Assembly (NCBI GenBank): GCA_016188115.1
Contig: JACPIK010000002.1
Span: forward strand, 680,077-744,076
Length of the DNA stretch: 64,000 nucleotides
Reading direction: 5' to 3'
Source: Candidatus Woesearchaeota archaeon
GTDB lineage: Archaea > Nanobdellota > Nanobdellia > Woesearchaeales > GW2011-AR9
The notes under the pieces were generated by a model. That model made no database searches. It was not told where the DNA came from and worked only from the letters and a program-made list of their open reading frames with translations. The translations under genes and the position numbers were made by a program. This document shows positions 58,357 to 64,000 of this stretch, one piece after another (positions within the stretch are counted from its first letter, which is position 1; every line of letters begins with the position of its first letter).

Positions 58357-59835
58357 CTAGACCACCTTATAGCCAATAGAATGAGTAAGGATATCTTTTG
58401 CCAAGCCTAAATGAATCTCGCTTTCAGCATAAATAGTATACAAAGCAGTGCCTTTAGCAACTTTTGCGCCCACGGCAGCATGTAAAAAAACACCAGCCCC
58501 TTTATCTAATGGAGCACCCGCAACACGAGCAATCTTTGCAATAATTTCGTTATCAATTTCACGAATAGTTCCCGATTTTGGAACAGTAACAACATAGGTA
58601 TATTTTCCTAAACAAAACTGTTTTTGTTTACCTTGTGCACGAATAATATCTTGCATCTTCGTAAACGCTTTTCCTGACTCCAAAATTTCTTTCGCGCGAG
58701 CATGAGCATGAGCATAAGGACAATTACACACCATTTCAATAAGATGAGCTGACATCGCAATAGCTTTCTTCTTAAGATCTTGAGGAGCTTTAGGATCATT
58801 GCGTAACACCGCCATAACATCATTTGCTTCCAGAAGAGGACCAACACCAAACCCGATAGGCTGCGAACCATCGGTAATTTCAACACGCACTTTCATCCCC
58901 AAATGCTTTCCTACTAAAGTAAACATTTTCTTAAGATGAAGTGCTTCTTTATGTGATTTGACTTTCGCAGTTTTTCCCATAGGGATATCAATCAAAACAT
59001 GCGTTGCGCCAACAGAATATTTCTTCGCCATCACCGACGCAAGCATTTGACCTTCCGCATCAATCGAAAGAGGATGTTCCACCATGATAATTTTATCATC
59101 AGCAGGAGCAAGGTTCATTGAACCACCATGAACAATACAAGCGCCCGTCTTTTTAACAACCTCTCGAATCTTTTTCTCCGAGAGAACAACTTGTGCCAAA
59201 CACTCCATCGTATCAGCAGTACCGGCAGGTGACGTGATTGCGCGTGAACTTGTTTTAGGAATAGTATATCCCGCTGCTGCAATAATAGGAATCACAATCA
59301 TTGTAGTACGATTACCAGGAAGACCACCGATACAATGTTTATCTAATGTAAGAGATCCAAACTTAAGTTTCTCCCCCGTATCTACCATTGCTTTAGTCAT
59401 ATCAACAACTTCATGAATATCCCACCCATGTACAAATCCAGCAGAAACAAAATACGTTTTTTCAATGTCACTTAATCGGTCATTCGTAATATCATCAATA
59501 ATGGAATATAACTCTTTATACCCTAACTTTGCGCCAAATAATTTTTCTCTAATGTGAGCCAAAGACTCAGGTTTTCCTGCATATCGAACACGAACTTTTT
59601 GCCCATGTTTTACATGAAGTAACGCCAGCACTTCTTCAAAGAGACCAATTGATCCTTCTGGAACAACTTTATCATGCTGTGCAATATCAAGAATACAAGT
59701 GATTTCTTTAGGATGATCTTTGATCGTAATCCTATCACCGATATGAAGATCAAGGCGTTGCGCATCTTTCTGATTAAGAATAGCAACCAAAACATTACCT
59801 GTAGCAATATCCATATCCTTAACTTTAAAATACAT
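58357..59835 (-). CDS. deoA: AMP phosphorylase / thymidine phosphorylase-family protein (archaeal long form)
   Basis: KHCIGGLPGNRTTMIVIPIIAAAGYTIPKTSSRAITSPAGTADTME. About 490 aa with the N-terminal extension typical of archaeal AMPpase. Confidence 0.85.
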   Translation of the reverse strand: MYFKVKDMDIATGNVLVAILNQKDAQRLDLHIGDRITIKDHPKEITCILDIAQHDKVVPEGSIGLFEEVLALLHVKHGQKVRVRYAGKPESLAHIREKLFGAKLGYKELYSIIDDITNDRLSDIEKTYFVSAGFVHGWDIHEVVDMTKAMVDTGEKLKFGSLTLDKHCIGGLPGNRTTMIVIPIIAAAGYTIPKTSSRAITSPAGTADTMECLAQVVLSEKKIREVVKKTGACIVHGGSMNLAPADDKIIMVEHPLSIDAEGQMLASVMAKKYSVGATHVLIDIPMGKTAKVKSHKEALHLKKMFTLVGKHLGMKVRVEITDGSQPIGFGVGPLLEANDVMAVLRNDPKAPQDLKKKAIAMSAHLIEMVCNCPYAHAHARAKEILESGKAFTKMQDIIRAQGKQKQFCLGKYTYVVTVPKSGTIREIDNEIIAKIARVAGAPLDKGAGVFLHAAVGAKVAKGTALYTIYAESEIHLGLAKDILTHSIGYKVV

Positions 59836-59955
59836 AATCTAATCCCTCTTTTAGTAGGAAAGAATCATTTTATGGTTTATATAGATTGTGATAAGATTAA
59901 ATGCCAAAGAATACAAAACCTTTTTAAAGAACCATTAGTCTGACAACGACATAGT

Positions 59956-60069
59956 GGGCCCGTGGTCTAGCGGTTACGGAAAAATCAATTCCGCCACAGA
60001 TGACAGCGCCCTTACAAGGAGAAATCCTCTGAAAGGCGTTAGTCCCCGGTTCAAATCCGGGCGGGCCCA
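59956..60069 (+). tRNA. tRNA-Val (anticodon TAC) with two introns (D-loop region and canonical 37/38)
   Basis: Acceptor GGGCCCG/CGGGCCC, discriminator A. D-arm GTC...GAC interrupted by about 24 nt (CGGAAAAATCAATTCCGCCACAGA). Anticodon arm GCGCC-CTTACAA-GGCGT interrupted by a 17-nt hairpin intron (AGGAGAAATCCTCTGAA). T-arm CCCGG-TTCAAAT-CCGGG. The mature length is 73 nt. Confidence 0.75.
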
Positions 60070-60143
60070 TTCATACTTCTTTATTCAACAACGATTCCCG
60101 GATGCAAAAACGGGTCACGAACGAGCAAAGCGAAGTGACTCGA

Positions 60144-60189
60144 CCCAGTTCAAATAGAAGATTACATTTCTAGGCAGGCCCATTCATAC
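60144..60189 (+). repeat. Degenerate duplicate of the tRNA-Val 3' end (T-arm, acceptor and flanking CCCATTCATAC)
   Basis: CCCAGTTCAAAT...GGCAGGCCCATTCATAC compared with the tRNA copy CCCGGTTCAAATCCGGGCGGGCCCATTCATAC, about 110 bp downstream. Confidence 0.5.
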
Positions 60190-60243
60190 CCCTACTTCTC
60201 TAAAACCATACTTTTTATATATCAAAACCGATCTAACTTACTC

Positions 60244-60978
60244 GTGGATCAAAAAATCTTTGACATGCTTTTAGAAGAAGAGGAGATTAGCTGGAAGACT
60301 ATCCTTCAAGATCTCGTTAAGCGAGAAGAAATGGATCCGTGGGATATCGATATCACTGTTCTTACTCAACGTTACATTCAAGTTATTAAAGAGATGAAAG
60401 AGCACGACCTCAAGATTTCAGGAAAAATTCTTCTCGCCGCAGCATTTCTACTCAAACTCAAATGTTCCAACTTACTTGAAAAAGATTTTACCCGTCTTGA
60501 TGCTCTCATGAGTCAAACTGAAAACCTTGACGAACTGGAAGATGAAATTTTTGAAGGAAACGACGGAGAAAAACGCGTCAAAGAGAAATATCAACTCATT
60601 CCACGTAACCCTCAACCTCGTAATCGTAAAGTATCTATGAATGATTTAATTGAAGCATTACAACATGCCATGGAAAGTAAAAAACGCTTCTTAGAAAAAA
60701 TTAGGCCTGTCAAATTCAAATTACCTGAACGTAAAATGGACATCATGGAAGCAATTCGCGATGTTTATCAAAAATTAATTTATTATACACAAAAAGAAAA
60801 CAAAACAACGATCACATTTAGCAAACTTCTTCCACCCAATAGCGGCAAAGATGAAAAAGTGTATACATTTGTGCCATTACTTCATCTAGAAAATCAACAC
60901 CGCGTAGAAATGGAACAAAAAAAAGCATTTGAAGAGATTGCCGTCACCGTACGTGCGCGAAAGACCAAAGTAGCATAA
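60244..60978 (+). CDS. scpA: Segregation and condensation protein A (ScpA, kleisin)
   Basis: ISWKTILQDLVKREEMDPWDIDITVLTQRYIQVIKEMKEHDL is typical of the ScpA N-terminus. The track uses a GTG start. The ATG at MLLEEEE is an alternative. Confidence 0.7.
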   Translation: MDQKIFDMLLEEEEISWKTILQDLVKREEMDPWDIDITVLTQRYIQVIKEMKEHDLKISGKILLAAAFLLKLKCSNLLEKDFTRLDALMSQTENLDELEDEIFEGNDGEKRVKEKYQLIPRNPQPRNRKVSMNDLIEALQHAMESKKRFLEKIRPVKFKLPERKMDIMEAIRDVYQKLIYYTQKENKTTITFSKLLPPNSGKDEKVYTFVPLLHLENQHRVEMEQKKAFEEIAVTVRARKTKVA

Positions 60979-61040
60979 ATTTCCTCTTTGCCATGTACCC
61001 TTCACAACCTTTTTAAAGTCGAAAGTGAGTTCTTCCCTAC

Positions 61041-62915
61041 ATGAAACCGACGAAAAGTATCCAAGTGCCTGCAAAATTAGTGGATCAAGTAATAGGTCAA
61101 GAAGAAGCAGTCAATATTATTCGTAAAGCAGCAGGACAACGTCGTCATGTTCTCTTAATTGGTGATCCAGGTACAGGAAAAAGTATGTTAGGCATGGCGC
61201 TTGCTGAACTTCTCCCTAAATCGGATCTTAAAGATATTCTTTCTTTTCCAAATCCAAATGATGAAAATAATCCTACTATTCAAGAAACACCAGCAGGGAA
61301 AGGCAGAGAAGAAGTCAAAAAATATCAAATTGATGCGAAAGAGATGCTCAAAAGTAACAATTTTCTCTTATTCATTGTCGCTATTATCACTCTTATTGCG
61401 CCCTGGTGGATTCGCTACCATTACAAATCAGATATAATGTTTGCAGCATTTTTCTTAGGCGGTATGATCTTTCTTGCCGCATTCGCCATGATGTTAAGTA
61501 TGGGTCCACGCATGTTTAAACAAGGCATTATTGTCGCACCAAAAGTTATTGTTGATAACTTTGGCAAAAAGCAAGCTCCTTTCTATGACGCAACCGGTGC
61601 TCACGCAGGTGCATTACTAGGAGATGTACTTCACGATCCTTTTCAATCAGGAGGATTAGGAACACCTGCTAATCAACGTGTCGTTGCTGGAATGATTCAC
61701 AAAGCGCACTTAGGCGTGTTATTTATTGATGAAATTGCAACCCTTCATCCCCGAACACAACAAGAACTCTTATCAGCATTACAAGAAAAAAAATTCCCCA
61801 TCACCGGCCAATCAGAACGCTCAGCAGGGGCAATGGTACGCACTGAAGCAGTTCCCTGTGATTTTGTACTCGTTGCTGCAGGCAACCTTGAGACTCTTAA
61901 GAATATGCACCCTGCATTACGTTCACGTATTCGCGGATATGGCTATGAAATCTACATGAATGAAACCATGCCCGATACTCCAGAAAATCGAGAAAAAATA
62001 GCTCGGTTTGTAGCTCAAGAAGTCAAAAAAGAAAATAATAAAATTCCCCATTTCACCATCGACGGTGTTGCCGCAATTATTGAAGAAGCGCGACGCCGTG
62101 CTAACCGCAAAGGGCATCTTACACTCCATTTACGTAATTTAGGAGGTCTGGTACGCGCCGCAGGAGATCTTGCCAAAGAAGAAGGCGTAGAAGTTACACG
62201 TAAACATGTTAAAGCAGCAAAATTACTTGCCCGCCCTCTTGAACAACAACTTGCGGATAAATACATCGAACGCAAGAAAGAATACGAAGTCATCATGACC
62301 ACAGGTAAACGTGTTGGTCGTGTCAACGGTCTTGCTGTTATTGGCGAAGGCAGTGCCCACTCTGGAATCCTTCTTCCTATTGAAGCAGAAGTAACCCCAG
62401 GCGGTAAAAAATCAGAAATCGTGGCAACAGGAAAACTTGGAGATATTGCCAAAGAAGCCGTCAAAAACGTCTCTGCTATCATCCTTAAATATTTTGGAGA
62501 AGACATCAAAGAAAAATACGACATTTTCGTCCAATTTTTGCAAACCTACGAAGGCGTTGAAGGTGATAGCGCGTCTATTGCCGTTGCCACAGCCATTATC
62601 TCTGCATTAAAAGACATCCCTATTCGACAAGATGTTGCCATGACTGGTTCACTCTCCGTACGCGGAGACGTATTACCTGTTGGAGGAGTATCATCAAAAG
62701 TTGAAGCCGCTATTGACGCAGGCATCAAAATAATTATTGTACCTCATTCCAACATACAAGACATCGTTCTTGACGAAGCCAAACTTGCCACCGTAAAAAT
62801 TATTCCAGTTCACACCATTCAAGAAGTTCTGGATAACGCATTAGATTGGGAAGGTAAAGAAAGTTTGAAAGAGAAATTATTTGGCGAGAAAAAGAAAGGA
62901 AAGAAAACTATTTAG
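61041..62915 (+). CDS. lonB: Archaeal membrane-bound ATP-dependent Lon protease (LonB)
   Basis: Walker [15 protein letters not shown] hairpin inserted in the AAA+ domain ([15 protein letters not shown]...[11 protein letters not shown]). Lon proteolytic domain [16 protein letters not shown] with the Ser-Lys dyad. Confidence 0.9.
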   Translation: MKPTKSIQVPAKLVDQVIGQEEAVNIIRKAAGQRRHVLLIGDPGTGKSMLGMALAELLPKSDLKDILSFPNPNDENNPTIQETPAGKGREEVKKYQIDAKEMLKSNNFLLFIVAIITLIAPWWIRYHYKSDIMFAAFFLGGMIFLAAFAMMLSMGPRMFKQGIIVAPKVIVDNFGKKQAPFYDATGAHAGALLGDVLHDPFQSGGLGTPANQRVVAGMIHKAHLGVLFIDEIATLHPRTQQELLSALQEKKFPITGQSERSAGAMVRTEAVPCDFVLVAAGNLETLKNMHPALRSRIRGYGYEIYMNETMPDTPENREKIARFVAQEVKKENNKIPHFTIDGVAAIIEEARRRANRKGHLTLHLRNLGGLVRAAGDLAKEEGVEVTRKHVKAAKLLARPLEQQLADKYIERKKEYEVIMTTGKRVGRVNGLAVIGEGSAHSGILLPIEAEVTPGGKKSEIVATGKLGDIAKEAVKNVSAIILKYFGEDIKEKYDIFVQFLQTYEGVEGDSASIAVATAIISALKDIPIRQDVAMTGSLSVRGDVLPVGGVSSKVEAAIDAGIKIIIVPHSNIQDIVLDEAKLATVKIIPVHTIQEVLDNALDWEGKESLKEKLFGEKKKGKKTI

Positions 62916-63298
62916 AGATCGTTAAAATACAGTTGAATATCTTCAATTTGGTTTTCACGACTTATGTCATCTGGAAGAAAATGTCTGCGTGTTTTTTCTC
63001 GATTTAGTGTATAATTTTTAATAACCATTGCTCGACTTAGATACGTTACAGCAGCAGCCACTGCAAAAATGCCTCTTTCTGATAGTGAATCCTGATTCAA
63101 TCCAAAAGTAGCGAAACCTAGTGGAGCAAGTTCTAAAACATATCCTAATACAAAATCACTAAAATGATTCACGAAAAGTTTACCTCCACTGAGCCTACCT
63201 TGACTAAATTCTTCTCTAATAAGTGCCCGAATATCTGAATGCTCGTGATAATTTACAATCAGCGAACCAGGGATTAAATCATCAATGTTCATCAACAA
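62912..63298 (-). CDS. Hypothetical protein
   Basis: ORF only. Confidence 0.3.
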   Translation of the reverse strand: MLMNIDDLIPGSLIVNYHEHSDIRALIREEFSQGRLSGGKLFVNHFSDFVLGYVLELAPLGFATFGLNQDSLSERGIFAVAAAVTYLSRAMVIKNYTLNREKTRRHFLPDDISRENQIEDIQLYFNDL

Positions 63299-63547
63299 GC
63301 AAACTAAATACTTTTTTATAAAATTGACCTCGAAAAGTACAAGAAAAAAAGTTACTGCTTACTCCCACATAACTCCCCCTTAAAAATACAAACTGTAATT
63401 TAATTTCACCCAGCGACAGAACCATCAACATCAGAAGCAGCACAAGATTGCTTTAAATGACAAAGAGTTGCATAAAAATCATAAGTTCATCTGCAAAGCG
63501 CAACCCTACCAAAAGCTTTAAAAACCACCCCCTAATTTAAGCTTATT

Positions 63548-63925
63548 ATGGCACGATCTCAATTTCGATCTCAACGTAAACCAAGCGGTGGACGTTTCCA
63601 CGCTTCCCGTAGCAAACGCAACTCTGAACTTGCTGGCTACGTGTCAATGACAAAAGTCTCAACTCAAAAAAGAATGCAAAAGAAACGAGTTGTAGGCGCA
63701 AATTACAAATATTCCCTTCTTCAAGTAAAAGAAATTAACGTAACTGATAAAAGCGGAAAAACTGCAAAAACCCCAATCCTAAATGTTGTAAACAACACTG
63801 CAAATCAAAACCTTGTTCGTCGTAACGTTATTACGAAAGGCGCAGTCGTTGAAACAAAACTTGGACGTGTTCGTGTAACTTCCCGCCCAGGTCAAGAAGC
63901 CAGCGTTAATGGTCGATTAGTTTAG
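63548..63925 (+). CDS. rps8e: 30S ribosomal protein S8e
   Basis: MARSQFRSQRKPSGGRFHASRSKR... matches the conserved S8e N-terminus. Confidence 0.85.
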   Translation: MARSQFRSQRKPSGGRFHASRSKRNSELAGYVSMTKVSTQKRMQKKRVVGANYKYSLLQVKEINVTDKSGKTAKTPILNVVNNTANQNLVRRNVITKGAVVETKLGRVRVTSRPGQEASVNGRLV

Positions 63926-64000
63926 ATTTTTCTTCTAATTTCTTTGTTTTAGAAACATTAAAACATTATTACCTATCTTCACTACCTTTTTTCTCCAATT

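Noticed and set aside
1-64000. Search for defence islands (restriction-modification, CRISPR-Cas, Walker-ATPase/nuclease pairs) and transposases or integrases
   Set aside because: No methyltransferase, Cas, large ATPase-nuclease or transposase signatures were recognised. The only mobile-element trace is the tRNA-Val 3' duplication.

Overview
This 64-kb window is AT-rich and archaeal. The evidence is a TFIIB/TFB gene, ribosomal protein S8e, a membrane-type LonB protease, Lrp/AsnC regulators, leaderless genes with TATA-like boxes about 25 bp upstream, and two tRNA genes that each carry two introns at non-canonical positions. The gene content looks like a small-genome, surface-protein-rich lineage (DPANN-like); this is inference. 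Housekeeping genes present: a grpE-dnaK-dnaJ operon with an HD-domain gene inserted, fpg/nei, a methylpurine DNA glycosylase, gatD, S-adenosylhomocysteine hydrolase, dUTPase, AMP/thymidine phosphorylase, TrmI, Taw3, ScpA and a nucleoside-salvage-like cluster. A large fraction of the window encodes giant secreted or membrane-anchored proteins in tightly overlapping operons. The most striking is a four-gene minus-strand operon (23635..34937) whose last gene fuses a signal peptide, Cys/Asp-rich repeats, an SGNH esterase domain and a family-1 lytic transglycosylase (SLT/GH23) domain, i.e. a peptidoglycan-degrading enzyme in an archaeon. A second operon encodes a tandem-HTH protein plus a 1531-aa triple LamG-domain surface protein. 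There is also an unannotated 47-codon ribbon-helix-helix ORF translationally coupled to a repeat-containing HipA/APH-like kinase, a minimal K+ channel next to tRNA-Leu, and a degenerate duplicate of the tRNA-Val 3' end that looks like an integration scar. No CRISPR arrays, restriction-modification genes or transposases were found.
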